A stretch of DNA of 64,000 nt. It comes from Pseudomonadales bacterium (GTDB taxonomy: Bacteria; Pseudomonadota; Gammaproteobacteria; Pseudomonadales; UBA7239). The number at the start of each line of letters is the position of its first letter. The stretch's first letter is position 1. A model generated the notes under the pieces. It did no database searches. It had not been told where the DNA came from and saw only the letters and a list, made by a program, of their open reading frames with translations. This document shows positions 11,896 through 23,887 of this stretch, piece by piece. Location of the stretch: positions 42,227-106,226 of the forward strand of contig JAWLAB010000004.1 in the NCBI GenBank assembly GCA_041395665.1. The letters are read 5' to 3'. A program made the translations under genes and the position numbers.

Positions 11896-14194
11896 TTCTC
11901 CACAGCGCAACAATTCGGCAACCTCTGGCTTTTTGGCAGTAATAATTTTTGCGCCTTCACGGTTTACCAAAAAATATAGTTGCCGTTGTGTTTGATAACG
12001 GCGAGCTTTATTTTTAGTTTATCGTGCGTCGCATTACTGAGCCTAAACCATGTGTCAGCGCGCAACATGTCGGCTTGCTTATCAAAAATATCTTCGACAG
12101 AAAAATCTTCGTCTTGTGAAATTTCATCTTCAAAGTCATCTCGTCATCTATTTCTGGCAGGCTGTCTGTAATGATTTCGCCGTCAAAGGTGGTGTCATCT
12201 TCAGTAGATGGAGAGGGGGATGTATTACTTGTTTCAAAAATAACAGCTTCTTGAGTAATCGCTGGCGGTGGTTCAATTGGCTGTGTGTGTTGGCCGTAGG
12301 AATCGGCTCTGATTGGGTTTCCTGAACGCTTCAGAACAACGCTAACAGCGTTGGACAGTGCTTCGGCTGCACGAGCTGCTGCTTGTTCTAACTCGGCTGC
12401 TTTTGCGCTAGCCTCTGCGGCGGCAGCTGATTTGATCTTTGATGGACTGTTGGCTGTTGTGGAATTCATCCCGTAGACCTTTCAGTGTTGCTTCTTCATT
12501 TGATAGCTCAAGGCCTATGTGAATTACCCGTTGCCAAACAATTGCCTCTGCAACAGCGCTAAATTCGGTATCGAGGTTTTCTGCTCTAAAGAAAAATTAG
12601 CAAATCATCAAGTGTTTTTCTGGCTTTTGTTGTTCTTCTGATAGAGAAAGTCATCATCGCGATTAATGTGAAAAATAAAACATGCTGCCAGTATTCTTTA
12701 GAGAAATGTAGCTGTGTGTTCTGGTGCTTTATAGCGAAATTTTCTTCAGTATGGTTTTTTCAGCAGTTTCACGCGCGGCTTCTGTTCTAGCCTTCTGGAC
12801 TCCGCTTGAATGATGCGCTCTTCCAAGAAGTGCCGATCGTTGCTTCTCTCTCTCAAGAAAATCTTTCAGTGTGATAAGTTTTTCTTCGAAAATTTCTTCG
12901 TGCTGTTCTATGGATGTACTTGATAAACTTGATGCATTGATATCGTCAACAATCGAGGATATTTTTTTGTAAAAGGGATCTTTGCTGATGTTTTGTTTGG
13001 GAGTCCACTGTGTGCCTACCTGAGCGATCTCGTTGATTAATTCTTGTGCAGAGTTGTCAGGGTTGGCAAAAAAATCTTGGTTCTGAACGGCAAGTTTTAG
13101 GATGGGAGCTTGTAGTTCATCGATGAGTGGTTTGATGGGGGCTGCAATTTGCTCCTCGTTCTGCAAGCGATCAAACATCATAGAGAGTAATGAAATAGAG
13201 TTTTGTGTTTGAGTGTCGAAAGCGCCTTGGACTGCATATCGCTAGCACTGGCGAGTTTCTCAGCCAGTGATTGGTTGATTTCTGGGAGTTCGCGATACCC
13301 CGTCTCGCTATTAACTTGAGCGGTGTTGGTGATGCTATTGATGGCTTCAAAAATGTCTTCTTTGGTGGCTAAAGTGCCCCCTGTTGTTCCTGTAACAATG
13401 TGTTTGTTGAGCTCTGTATTCGATGCTGCGGCGCAGGCCACCAATGCTTTGATCGAAAGCATGAGGTCTTCATTGCTGATGCTGGTATCTGCATCTTGTT
13501 TTTTTCCCGTGATACCTCTTCGATTAGGTTTTTGCGTATTTCACGCGCTTTGTCTTGATTTTTTCTCGTATCGCTGGCTGACATCATCCATGTCTAATCG
13601 AGGGGAGAATATGCTGCTTAATGAGAAGTTGGTTGATGTGTTGATCCACTGTGGATAAGCAGCTTTAGTGCTTTGCCCCAGTTAGTCATTGCTGCATCAC
13701 TCGCATTTTTGCTGGGCTGCAATGCGTCACAGCATTGATGAAATACTGTGGTGAGGTGTTTTGCTGTGAGTGGGTTAGTTGCTTCGCTCTATGGTGATGC
13801 CAGCAAGGCGTTCTAAACGCATGCTAAGGCAGTCAACATCATGTTGATGCTCGTCTTGCAATGTATTTGCATAAACGATCAATCATGATTTGCGCTTCTA
13901 GCAAATCAGTATCCATTAGCAGATATTTGCTGATGCGAGCTTCTAGCTCTTCGCGGGAGTTGCCAGCTCTTTTGGCTTCGGTATCTTTTTATCCTCAGGT
14001 TTTTCGCGGCATTTGCAAATTGTTCGGAAAGACTTTTAAATTGTTGAATAAAAATCCACTTTTGTCCTGAATAGGCTCTCCTTCGTTTTTTGTTCAAATT
14101 GACGAAAACAGGGCTGCTGGACTTTATGGCGGTAGGCAGTACTAAAGCAACGGTTGCTCAATTTTTGTAGTTTGTGCGACAGTGGCTTGCTCAT
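11825..14194 (-). pseudogene. DUF1631-like gene, full length but broken into at least 10 frame fragments
   Basis: Minus-strand pieces in three frames tile about 2.3 kb: MSKPLSHKLQKLS...; NQLLIKQHILPSIRH; PIKPLIDELQAPILKLAVQNQDFFANPDNSAQELINEIAQVG; EYWQHVLFFTLI; TWFRLSNATHDKLKIKLAVIKHNGNYIF / [42 protein letters not shown]. Family assignment is from memory of DUF1631 C-terminal conservation. Ends are approximate. Confidence 0.55.
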
Positions 14195-14299
14195 GATTCG
14201 TCCATATTGATCAGTAAAAGCGGAATAGAGAAACTGGTTGAGGTATATTGGTGAGCTGCCGCCTAGGGTATATAGAGCATTTATCGGTTGGATGAAATT

Positions 14300-17200
14300 G
14301 TGAGCGCCTCGACATTTATCCACTTGCGTCTGCACGGAATATTCGTTAGTTGATGGCTTGGTGACAACCAAAGCCTTGACGACACGCCTGCGTGCGCAAG
14401 AGATGCCAGCAGTTGCCATCACGGATCTGTGCAATTTTTACGGCTTGATCAAGTGTTATAAGGAACTGCAGTCTAAAGGCATCAAACTCATTATCGGCAG
14501 TGATCTGTGGTTGAGTGATGGTGAAGATGTGGCGCATCCGTCATGGTCACAGCATTGGCGCAGAACGATCAGGGTTATCGCAATCTCACGCAATTGATTT
14601 CTCGTGCTTATCAACACGGACAATCACAAGGCCGCGCTGTGGTGCAGCGACAATGGCTGAGTGAGTTAAATGATGGCTTGATCATGCTCTCTGGTGGTAA
14701 GCAGGGTGACATCGGTCGCGCTCTGTTGTCGGGAAATATTGATGAAGCTCGTATTCTGCTTAGTGCGTGGCAAAAAGATTTTCCTCATCGTTTTTATTTG
14801 GAAGTACAGCGCACGGATCGTGTCGGTGATGAGCAGTATTTGCATGCTGCAGTGGCTTTGGCAGCAGAAAAAAACTGTCCGCTCGTTGCAACCAATGATG
14901 TGCGTTTTATTGCGCAAGAAGATTTTGAAGCGCATGAAGTGCGTGTCTGTATCAATGACGGTCGTACGCTGGATGATCCGCGCCGTGAGCGCCGTTATAG
15001 CGAAGAACAATATCTAAAATCTGCACAAGAAATGCAGGAATTATTCGGCGATTTGCCGCAGGCCTTAGCCAATACCGTTGAGATAGCAAAGCGCTGTAAT
15101 GTGGTGTTGCAGTTGGGCAAACCGTGTTTGCCGAATTACCCCGTGCCGGAAGGTTTGACGATTGAGCAGTTTTTTGAACAAGTTTCGCGTGCGGGTTTAG
15201 AAGAGCGCTTGCCAAAATTATTGCCAGAAGGCTCTGATCCTGATGGCAGCCGTCGAAAAGTGTATGAAGATCGCCTCGCCTTTGAATTGAATGTTATCAA
15301 TCAAATGCAATTCCCTGGCTACTTTTTGGTGGTGATGGATTTCATTCAGTGGGCAAAAAACAATGGTATTCCTGTGGGGCCTGGGCGCGGTTCGGGTGCC
15401 GGTTCTTTGGTGGCTTACGCCTTAAAAATTACCGATTTGGATCCACTGGCTTACGATTTGCTGTTCGAGCGATTTTTGAATCCAGAGCGGGTGTCGATGC
15501 CCGATTTTGATATCGACTTTTGCACGGAAGGTCGCGATCGCGTAATCAGCTATGTCGCCGATACTTACGGTCGCGATGCGGTTTCACAAATTATTACCTT
15601 CGGTACCATGGCGGCGAAAGCGGTGGTGCGCGATGTGGCGCGGGTGCAGGGCAAGTCTTACGGCTTGGCGGATAAATTATCCAAAATGATTCCGTTTGAA
15701 GTGGGTATGACACTGGAAAAAGCGATCACCAGTGAAGAAATCTTGCGTGATTTTTTAACAAACGATACCGATGCCAAAGAAATTTGGGATATGGCAGTGC
15801 AGTTGGAAGGCTTGACGCGTAATGTCGGCAAACACGCGGGAGGTGTAGTGATTGCGCCCACACAGTTGACGGATTTTTCGCCACTGTATTGTGATGAATC
15901 TGGCGGCGGTTTGGTCACGCAGTTTGATAAAAACGATGTGGAAGAAGCGGGCTTGGTGAAGTTTGATTTCTTGGGTTTGCGCACGCTGACCATCATTGAT
16001 TGGGCGATGAAAATCATCAATGCGGTGCGTAAAAAAAATGATGAAGTAGCACTGGATATTGTTGATATTCCACTGGATGACAAAATCACCTACGACTTGC
16101 TAAAAAAAGCGCAAACGACAGCGGTATTCCAGTTGGAATCTTCTGGCATGAAAGGTTTGATTCAAAAACTACAGCCAGATTGTTTTGAAGATTTGATTGC
16201 CTTGGTGGCTTTGTATCGCCCAGGGCCGCTGGAATCTGGCATGGTGGATGATTTCGTCAATCGTAAACACCGTCGCGCAGCGGTCGCGTATCCCACGGTA
16301 GAATTGCATCACGATGATTTAGAGCCTGTTTTGCGGCCTACTTACGGCGTTATTGTTTATCAAGAACAGGTTATGCAAATCGCACAGGTGATGGCAAATT
16401 ACTCGTTGGGCGGTGCAGATATGTTGCGCCGCGCCATGGGTAAAAAAGATCCAGAAAAAATGGCGAAAGAGCGCGGCAAGTTTATGGAAGGCGCTTCTGC
16501 GCGCGGTATCAGTGAAGCGCAATCCGGCGGCTTGTTTGATTTGATGGAAAAATTTGCTGGTTACGGTTTCAACAAATCGCACTCGGCGGCGTACGCTTTG
16601 GTGTCGTATCAAACGGCGTGGTTGAAAGCACATTACCCCGCTGAATTTATGGCGGCGACGATGTCGTCGGATATGGATAAAACCGACAAAGTCGTGACAT
16701 TCATTGAAGAATGTCGCGCGATGGGGCTCACGCTGTTACCACCCGATGTAAACAGCGGTGATTTTCATTTCACGGTAGATGAATCCTCACGCATTGTGTA
16801 CGGTTTGGGTGCAATCAAAGGTTTGGGCGAAGGCGCGATTGAATCCATTGTTGAATCGCGTCGCGCTGGCGGTGCGTTCGCTGATTTATTTGATTTTTGT
16901 GCGCGTGTCGATCAACACAAATTGAATAAACGCGCGTTGGAAGCTTTGGTGCGCTGCGGTGCGTTGGATAATTTAATTGCAGACAGCAATATTGATCGCG
17001 CGCGTGCTGTGTTGATGGCGGCATTGCCTGATGCGGTGCAAGCGTCCGATCAAAAACACAAAAACCAAAGTGCAGGTATGGCCGATTTATTTGGCGATGT
17101 GGTTTCAACCGCTGCAGAAGCTAGTGGCGATGTCTACGCGGATTACCGCGCTGTGGCAGCGCTGTTGATGCGCGATCGTTTGCAAGGTGAGAAAGACACG

Positions 17201-17821
17201 CTCGGTTTGTACCTCACGGGGCATCCTGTGGAGGAATATCAAGACGAGTTGAAGGTGTTGGTGAAACGCCGCATTGCCGACATCGAGCCTGAGCGCGCGT
17301 CACAGCGCGTGGCGGGCTTGGTGGTGGATGTGCGCGTGCGCAAAACCAAGAGCGGTAAAAACATTGCCAGCGTACTGTTGGATGATCGCAGTGGGCGCAT
17401 CGAAGCGACGGTTTTTGCTGAGGAATACGACCGTGTGCGCAGCAAGTTAGAGTTAGGGCGCTTACTGATGGTTGAGGGTGTGGTCAGCCGCGATGAGTAC
17501 CGCAATGGCTTGGCACTTCGCGCATCACAAGTGCGTGATTTTATTGAGGTGCGCGCCGAGCAAGCGCGCTATTTGCAGATTCACCTTGATGCTGAGACAC
17601 TGACCTCGCTACAGAGCGGGCGAGAGCCTGCGGTCGCTTTGCTGGGCAAGTTGGTGCAGCCGCATCGCCCCGGAGGGTGTCGCTTGCAGTTCCTTTATCA
17701 AGGGCAGCGCGCTAAAGGGGAGTTGGTTGCTGGTGAGGCTTGGCAAGTGAGCCCTACCGATGAATTGTTACGCAGCTTGCGCGCCCGCTTGGGGTTCGCT
17801 GCTTTACGAGTGCAGTATTAA
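14300..17821 (+). CDS. dnaE: DNA polymerase III alpha subunit, with two frame breaks (about 14333-14336 and about 14537-14545)
   Basis: GTG 14300 gives VSASTFIHLRLH. Then TEYSLVDGLVTTKAL... reads in a second frame (track ORF 14358-14597). The 1092-aa ORF 14543-17821 carries the rest (PHP, polymerase core, OB fold). Confidence 0.93.
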
Positions 17822-17844
17822 CTGCGTAGTGAGTGGAGTAATCA

Positions 17845-18795
17845 GTGGCTTATAACTATCTTCAATTTGAACAACCCATCGCAGAACTGGAAGCCAAAAT
17901 CGAAGAGCTTCAGTTAGTGGGCAATGATTCTGGCATCAACATCGCCGATGAATTAGGAAAATTGCGCGAGAAAAGCCGCAAGCAAACTGAAAAAATTTAC
18001 AGCGATCTCAGTGCATGGCAAGTGGTGCAAGTGGCGCGCCATCCACAGCGCCCTTACACCTTGGATTACATTCCACATCTATTTACTGATTTTGATGAGT
18101 TACACGGTGATCGTCGTTTTGGTGATGACAAATCCATCATCGGCGGTGTTGCGCGTTTGGATGGCAAGCCGGTGCTGGTGATCGGTCAGGAAAAAGGTCG
18201 CACGGTACAAGAAAAAGTGGCGCGCAATTTTGGTATGCCAAAACCGGAAGGCTATCGCAAAGCCTTGCGCTTGATGGAAATGGCAGAGCGGTTTCGCTTA
18301 CCAGTTTTGACTTTGATTGATACACCAGGGGCATATCCTGGCATTGATTCAGAAGAACGCGGCATTTCTGAAGCGATTGCACAAAATCTCGCCGTGATGT
18401 CTCGTTTGCGCACGCCGATGATTTGCACCGTGATTGGTGAAGGCAGTTCCGGTGGTGCGTTGGGCATCGGTATTGGCGACCAAATCAATATGCTGCAATA
18501 CGCGACTTATTTTGTGATTTCACCGGAAGGTTGCGCCAATATTATTTGGAAAACGGCAGAAAAAGCGCCGCTAGCTGCTGAAGCCATGGGTGTAACTTCG
18601 TCCACTTTGTTGGAGCTGGGAATAGTGGATCATGTGATTCCTGAACCTTTGGGTGGCGCGCATCGCGATGTAGCAGAAATGGCCATACGACTACGCGATA
18701 CTTTGGTACAACAACTGGATGTTTTGCAGCAAAAAACGGTGGATGCGTTGTTAGAACAGCGCTATCAGCGTTTAATGAGCTTCGGTAATCCTTAA
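17845..18795 (+). CDS. accA: Acetyl-CoA carboxylase carboxyltransferase alpha subunit
   Basis: [22 protein letters not shown] matches the E. coli AccA N-terminus pattern. 316 aa. Lies in dnaE-accA-tilS synteny. Confidence 0.95.
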   Translation: MAYNYLQFEQPIAELEAKIEELQLVGNDSGINIADELGKLREKSRKQTEKIYSDLSAWQVVQVARHPQRPYTLDYIPHLFTDFDELHGDRRFGDDKSIIGGVARLDGKPVLVIGQEKGRTVQEKVARNFGMPKPEGYRKALRLMEMAERFRLPVLTLIDTPGAYPGIDSEERGISEAIAQNLAVMSRLRTPMICTVIGEGSSGGALGIGIGDQINMLQYATYFVISPEGCANIIWKTAEKAPLAAEAMGVTSSTLLELGIVDHVIPEPLGGAHRDVAEMAIRLRDTLVQQLDVLQQKTVDALLEQRYQRLMSFGNP

Positions 18796-18822
18796 TCATC
18801 TGATTGCGAGAAGGATCTTTGG

Positions 18823-20148
18823 ATGAGTGATGCACTGCGCGAATTATTGAGAGAAAAGCTAGAAGGCGTTCACGATGCAGAACGATTTTTAGTGGCTTAC
18901 AGTGGCGGCGCAGATTCTCATGCTTTGTTACATGCTGTTGTTTCATTGGATTTGCCACAAGAAATTGTTGCCTTGCATGTCAATCACGGTTTGAGCCCCA
19001 ATGCCGATGCGTGGCAAGCGCATTGTGCTGAAGTGGCAAAAAAATTAGGCATCAGTTTTTATGCCGAGCGTGTTGCGGTGATACGCAATGGTAGCGGTTT
19101 AGAAAATGCAGCGCGCCAAGCGCGTTACGATATTTTTTCCAGTCGCGTGGATTACTGTGATGTGTTGTTGATGGCGCATCACGCAGACGATCAAATAGAA
19201 ACTTTTTTTCTGCGGTTATTGCGCGGCTCTGGTGTGCGCGGTTTAGGTGGTATGCCGGAGTGGCGTACCTTGGGTGGTGGTAGTTTGTATCGACCTTGGT
19301 TGTCGCGCCCACAAGCGGAATTGCGAGAGTACGCGATACAACACCAATTGAACTGGGTGGAGGATGAATCTAATTGTGATCTGCAGTTTGATCGCAATTA
19401 TTTGCGCGAACAAGTACTGCCAGTTTTGAATGCACGCTGGCCACAAGCGGGCCATTCCATTGCGCGCAGCATGGCGTGGTGTGGCGAAGCCGATGCAGTA
19501 AATGATGAACTGGCAGAAATTGATTTTTTTGCCTGTTACCCGCATTCGGAGCGTTTTGGTTTTTCACTGGCTTATGCGTATTTGTTAGGTTTGTCGCGCG
19601 CGCGGCGTCGCAATGTGTTGCGTTTATGGTTTTTGCGTTATGGCGTGTCTGTGCCAGGCCATAAAATTTTAGATGCAATTCAAGAACAGATAATTCATTC
19701 ACGCGCTGACGCATCGCCGCAAATTACTTGGGATGAATGGCAGTGCCGTCGCTATCAAGGTCGTATTTATGTGATGCCGCAGTTGCCGCCGATGGATTGT
19801 GAGCGTATTTGGCAATGCAGCGTCGATGACTTATTGAGTAACGCCAGTTTTGGGCAGTTATCGTTTTCCTCGGTATGTGGTCAAGGGATGCGTTTAGATA
19901 ACGCAAGACCGTTGACGGTCAGCTTTGCGCGCGAAGGTATTCGTTGTCGTCCACATGGGCGTGGGCATTCGCAATCCTTAAAAAAATTATTTCAAGAATG
20001 TGCTATTCCACCTTGGCTGCGTGAACGCACACCGCTGATCTACCAAGATGAGCAGTTGTTGGCAGTCGGTGATTGGTGGATTTGCGCAGATGCGATGGTA
20101 CAAGAGCACGAAGTGGGCTACTTGCCGCAATGGGAGTTGTCAGCCTAA
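18823..20148 (+). CDS. tilS: tRNA(Ile)-lysidine synthase
   Basis: 441 aa. PP-loop [15 protein letters not shown] (SGGxDS). Confidence 0.92.
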   Translation: MSDALRELLREKLEGVHDAERFLVAYSGGADSHALLHAVVSLDLPQEIVALHVNHGLSPNADAWQAHCAEVAKKLGISFYAERVAVIRNGSGLENAARQARYDIFSSRVDYCDVLLMAHHADDQIETFFLRLLRGSGVRGLGGMPEWRTLGGGSLYRPWLSRPQAELREYAIQHQLNWVEDESNCDLQFDRNYLREQVLPVLNARWPQAGHSIARSMAWCGEADAVNDELAEIDFFACYPHSERFGFSLAYAYLLGLSRARRRNVLRLWFLRYGVSVPGHKILDAIQEQIIHSRADASPQITWDEWQCRRYQGRIYVMPQLPPMDCERIWQCSVDDLLSNASFGQLSFSSVCGQGMRLDNARPLTVSFAREGIRCRPHGRGHSQSLKKLFQECAIPPWLRERTPLIYQDEQLLAVGDWWICADAMVQEHEVGYLPQWELSA

Positions 20149-20176
20149 AAAATTTTCCGTCACGAGAGGTAGTGTT

Positions 20177-20677
20177 ATGAGCAAGAAAACTTCTACAAAA
20201 GCTGTTGTGATTGATATTGGCATCAGCGAAAAAGATCGCGAAGCGATTGCTAAAGGCTTGAGTCATTTATTGGCAGATACTTACACCTTGTATCTCACCA
20301 CGCACAATTTCCATTGGAATGTCACGGGTGTGATGTTTAACACGCTGCATGTAATGTTTATGCAGCAATACACTGAGTTGTGGAATGCGGTTGATCCGAT
20401 TGCTGAGCGTATTCGTTCACTCGGCCATATCGCCCCTGGCGGTTATGCCGCGTTTGGCAAATTGGCATCCCTGCCGGATGCGCCATCAACACCACCAAAA
20501 GCCTTGGAGATGGTAAAAATTTTGGCGCAAGGTCATGAAGCGGTGGCACGCACTGCGCGTAAATTATTTCCTTGTGTGGATAAAGCTAGCGATGAACCAA
20601 CAGCCGATTTGCTGACGCAGCGCATTGCAATTCACGAACAAACCGCGTGGATGTTGCGCGCACTGTTGGAAGAATAA
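20177..20677 (+). CDS. dps: Dps-family DNA-binding ferritin-like protein
   Basis: [10 protein letters not shown]...[30 protein letters not shown]...DEPTADLL is the Dps ferroxidase-centre pattern. GAGAGG Shine-Dalgarno precedes ATG 20177. The 20048 track start is an artefactual overlap with tilS. Confidence 0.9.
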   Translation: MSKKTSTKAVVIDIGISEKDREAIAKGLSHLLADTYTLYLTTHNFHWNVTGVMFNTLHVMFMQQYTELWNAVDPIAERIRSLGHIAPGGYAAFGKLASLPDAPSTPPKALEMVKILAQGHEAVARTARKLFPCVDKASDEPTADLLTQRIAIHEQTAWMLRALLEE

Positions 20678-20680
20678 TTC

Positions 20681-21547
20681 TTACTGCAGCAGTGCTAGCA
20701 GCTTATCGATTACCGCGCGTCGCACGGAAGTTTTGCGCCACACCAGCGCAATCGTGCGATGCGGCGCGGGATCTTGAAACGGCACATAGTGAATGCCTTG
20801 CTCATTGGGTTGAATGGCAATGTTGGGCATAAAAGTAATACCCGTTCCCGCTTTTACCATTTGCCGCAGTGTTTCTAAGCTGGTGGCGCGAAAATCTTGT
20901 TCTTCCTCTGAACCCGCCAAATGGCACACTTCTAAAGCTTGATCGCGCAAACAGTGCCCTTCTTCCAGTAGCAATAATTTTTCACCGTGTATATCAGATT
21001 GATTAATCTGTTTACATTTGGCCAGTGAGTGTGTCGGTGGTACAGCGAGTAAAAACGCATCATCAAACAGCGTGTGTACTTCGAGATGGTCATCGTGAAT
21101 AGGCAGAGCTAACAGTGCCGCATCCAATTCGCCGCGTTTTAATCTATCCAGCAGCGCCTGTGTTTTTTCTTCGATGAGCACTAACTTCAGTTGTGGTAAT
21201 GCTTTGGTGATTTTAGGCACTAAAGCTGGGAAAAGATAAGTGGAAAGTGTAGGAAATGCACCGAGGCGAAAACGCCCCGCTAATGGATCTTTCGAGCTTT
21301 TGGCAACATCGTGCATGATGTCTACTTGGTGCAAAATTTTGCGCGCCAAACTCACAATCTGTTCGCCAGTTTCTGTAGGAATAACGCGCTTGTTGTTGCG
21401 TTCAAACAGCGTGATACCCAGTGTTTCTTCCAGCTTGCGAATTTGATTCGACAGCGTGGGCTGGCTGACAAAACATTTATCAGCCGCTTGACTGAAATTG
21501 CGCAGATCCGCCACGGCTACTAAATACTGCAAATCGCGCAAATTCAT
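20681..21547 (-). CDS. oxyR: LysR-family hydrogen peroxide sensor OxyR
   Basis: MNLRDLQYLVAVADLRNFSQAADKCFVSQPTLSNQIRKLE helix-turn-helix. The redox cysteine context LLLLEEGHCLRDQALEVC corresponds to OxyR C199/C208. Lies directly downstream of ahpF. Confidence 0.9.
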   Translation of the reverse strand: MNLRDLQYLVAVADLRNFSQAADKCFVSQPTLSNQIRKLEETLGITLFERNNKRVIPTETGEQIVSLARKILHQVDIMHDVAKSSKDPLAGRFRLGAFPTLSTYLFPALVPKITKALPQLKLVLIEEKTQALLDRLKRGELDAALLALPIHDDHLEVHTLFDDAFLLAVPPTHSLAKCKQINQSDIHGEKLLLLEEGHCLRDQALEVCHLAGSEEEQDFRATSLETLRQMVKAGTGITFMPNIAIQPNEQGIHYVPFQDPAPHRTIALVWRKTSVRRAVIDKLLALLQ

Positions 21548-21562
21548 AATCAGCGCCTCCCT

Positions 21563-23113
21563 TTACTGTCGAATCATGTGATCAAACGCACCGAGTGCAG
21601 CAGTCGCCCCTGCACCCATGGCGATGATGATTTGCTTGAACGGTACCGTCGTGGCATCACCGGCGGCAAATACACCAGCCATGGATGTTGCACCGCGCGT
21701 ATCAATTTCAATTTCGCCGCGATTGCTCAACGCCACTGCGCTGTCTTTTAACCAATCAGTGTTAGGCACTAAACCAATTTGAACAAAGATGCCTTCCAAT
21801 TCAACGCGATGTGTTTCACCGCTGTTGCGATCTTTATAAGTCAAACCGTTCACTTTTTTATCATCGCCATTCACTTCCGTTGTTTGTGCGGATGTGATGA
21901 CCGTAATATTGGGCAAGCTGTACAATTTTTTCTGCAACACAGCATCGGCGCGCAACTCTGTATCAAATTCCAACACGGTGACATGCGAAACTACTCCCGC
22001 CAAATCGATTGCCGCTTCGATGCCAGAATTCCCGCCGCCGATGACTGCCACGCGTTTGCCTTTGAATAAAGGGCCGTCGCAGTGCGGGCAGTAAGCAACA
22101 CCGCGTCCGCGATATTCTTTTTCGCCTGGCACATTCATTTCGCGCCAGCGTGCGCCGGTGGCAAGAATCACAGCTTTACTTCTTACGCTTGCGCCGTTGG
22201 CGAGAGACACTTCAATCATGTTGTCGCGTGTGTGCAAAGCAGTCGCGCGTTGCAAATTCATGATATCGACATTGTAGCTGCGCACATGTTGTTCCAGCGC
22301 CGCTGCCATTTTGGGACCTTCTGTTGCAGGTACAGAAATAAAGTTTTCGATCGCCATGGTATCGAGCACTTGTCCGCCGAAGCGTTCTGCCACTACGCCC
22401 GTACGAATACCTTTGCGCGCAGCGTAAACCGCTGCGGCCGCACCGGCTGGACCACCACCGACAATCAACATATCGAATGCTTCTTTTTCGGCGATTTTTT
22501 TCGCGGCTTTTGCAGCGCTGTTTTTATCCAATTTCGCCAACACTTCATCCAGTTCAATCAAGCCTTGACCAAATTGCTCGCCGTTCAAATACACGGTGGG
22601 TACCGCCATGATTTGACGATCGTTCACTTCGTCTTGAAACAAAGCGCCGTCGATCATGGTGTGACAAATGCGCGGATTTAACGCTGCCATCACATTGAGT
22701 GTTTGCACGACTTCAGGACAAATTTGGCAGCTCAAGGAAATATAAGTCTCAAATTCAGCATCCACTTCCAAGGCTTGGATTTGCGCCATTTGTTCTTCAG
22801 TGATTTTGGGTGCGCGGCCGCCGGTTTGTAACAACGCCAAAATCAAAGAAGTGAATTCGTGGCCGAGTGGGATGCCAGCAAAGCGAATGCGTGCGGCTTC
22901 GCCTGCACGGGCGACGCTGAATGAGGGGGCGCGGTGCGAGTTACTTTCATCGTCACGCAAAGTAATTTTGTCAGAAAGCGCAGCAATTTCTTGCAACAAC
23001 TCGCGCAGCTCCAAGGATGCAGAGGAGCTATCGAGCGTCATCTCCAAGGCAATGGGGTTCTCTAACAGGGCGATGTACTGTTCAAGCTGGGCTTTGATAG
23101 TTGGGTCGAGCAT
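21563..23113 (-). CDS. ahpF: Alkyl hydroperoxide reductase subunit F
   Basis: 516 aa. N-terminal thioredoxin-like CxxC ([10 protein letters not shown]), FAD site [19 protein letters not shown], and redox CPHCDG. Confidence 0.95.
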   Translation of the reverse strand: MLDPTIKAQLEQYIALLENPIALEMTLDSSSASLELRELLQEIAALSDKITLRDDESNSHRAPSFSVARAGEAARIRFAGIPLGHEFTSLILALLQTGGRAPKITEEQMAQIQALEVDAEFETYISLSCQICPEVVQTLNVMAALNPRICHTMIDGALFQDEVNDRQIMAVPTVYLNGEQFGQGLIELDEVLAKLDKNSAAKAAKKIAEKEAFDMLIVGGGPAGAAAAVYAARKGIRTGVVAERFGGQVLDTMAIENFISVPATEGPKMAAALEQHVRSYNVDIMNLQRATALHTRDNMIEVSLANGASVRSKAVILATGARWREMNVPGEKEYRGRGVAYCPHCDGPLFKGKRVAVIGGGNSGIEAAIDLAGVVSHVTVLEFDTELRADAVLQKKLYSLPNITVITSAQTTEVNGDDKKVNGLTYKDRNSGETHRVELEGIFVQIGLVPNTDWLKDSAVALSNRGEIEIDTRGATSMAGVFAAGDATTVPFKQIIIAMGAGATAALGAFDHMIRQ

Positions 23114-23142
23114 GGCTGTCTCCTCGGTGTTGCTGGGCTTTT

Positions 23143-23166
23143 GATGTAGCCACTGTAGGCTACATC
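23143..23166. repeat. Perfect 9-bp inverted repeat (GATGTAGCC-ACTGTA-GGCTACATC)
   Basis: Read directly from the sequence. The 6-nt centre ACTGTA is the reverse complement of the TACAGT -10 hexamer predicted for ahpF. Confidence 0.8.
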
Positions 23167-23206
23167 TATCAATATTTAAAATGGATTGTTTTGATGAATA
23201 CGATAG
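23150..23206 (-). promoter_or_regulatory. Predicted ahpF promoter plus OxyR-type operator module (copy 2)
   Basis: In gene orientation: CTATCGTATTCATCAAAACAATCCATTTT, then TTTAAA-17 nt-TACAGT, then GAGGAG Shine-Dalgarno. The 57-nt module has the same geometry as the one upstream of ahpC, with 24/29 identity in the core. Confidence 0.6.
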
Positions 23207-23232
23207 TTAATAGTTATTTACTTGGTTGATGC

Positions 23233-23260
23233 AAGAAAAAGCCCGAGCAAGTCGGGCTTT
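23233..23260 (-). terminator. Rho-independent terminator after ahpC
   Basis: Minus strand reads AGCCCGA-cttgc-TCGGGCT followed by TTTTTCTT, 27 nt downstream of the ahpC stop. Confidence 0.8.
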
Positions 23261-23286
23261 CTCGGTAGAGCTTGAAGGGAGATGGC

Positions 23287-23853
23287 TTAGATTTTGCCCA
23301 CCAAATCCAAAGAAGGCTTCAGCGTTTTGTCGCCTTCTTTCCATTTTGCAGGGCACACTTCGCCATCGTGTGAGGCAACATATTGCGCGGCTTTTACTTT
23401 GCGCAACATTTCGCTCGCATCGCGACCGATACCGAGGTCGTGGATTTCACACACTTTGATCACGCCTTCTGGGTTGATCACGAAAGTGCCGCGCAGTGCA
23501 AGGCCTGCTTCTTCGATCATCACACCGAAATTGCGAGTGATCGTACCCGTTGGGTCGCCGATCATTGGGTATTTGATTTTCTTGATGGTGTCAGAAGTGT
23601 CGTGCCACGCTTTGTGCGTGAAGTGCGTGTCGGTTGAAACGGAATACACTTCAACGCCAATTTTTTGGAACTCAGCGTAGGTGTCAGCCAAATCACCCAA
23701 TTCGGTAGGGCAGACAAAAGTGAAATCCGCAGGGTAGAAACAGACCACAGACCACTTACCTTTCAGGTCTGCGTCAGAAACTTCTACAAACTTGCCGTTA
23801 TGGAATGCAGTTGCTTTGAAGGGAAGTACGGTAGTGTTGATCAATGAACTCAT
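23287..23853 (-). CDS. ahpC: Peroxiredoxin AhpC (typical 2-Cys)
   Basis: 188 aa. Peroxidatic [10 protein letters not shown] and resolving-Cys GEVCPAKW motifs. AAGGAG Shine-Dalgarno. Confidence 0.96.
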   Translation of the reverse strand: MSSLINTTVLPFKATAFHNGKFVEVSDADLKGKWSVVCFYPADFTFVCPTELGDLADTYAEFQKIGVEVYSVSTDTHFTHKAWHDTSDTIKKIKYPMIGDPTGTITRNFGVMIEEAGLALRGTFVINPEGVIKVCEIHDLGIGRDASEMLRKVKAAQYVASHDGEVCPAKWKEGDKTLKPSLDLVGKI

Positions 23854-23887
23854 GAGAGTCTCCTTGTGAGATCAGTGGGTTGGGTAA

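Noticed and set aside
11584-11970. 128-aa minus-strand ORF overlapping the rnhB 3' half
   Set aside because: Only its first approx 45 residues look real ([42 protein letters not shown]), as the C-terminal fragment of the DUF1631-like gene. The remainder is antisense read-through of rnhB, so it is not called as a separate gene.
20048-20176. N-terminal extension of the dps ORF overlapping tilS; analogous over-long track starts at 56913 (lolC), 28194 (nuoA), 37277 (nuoJ), 58324 (lolD), 62827 (ribH), 61061 (DUF3108) and 62782 (purM)
   Set aside because: The extensions overlap neighbouring genes and lack homology-like sequence. Better internal starts with Shine-Dalgarno sequences or ortholog-like N-termini exist.
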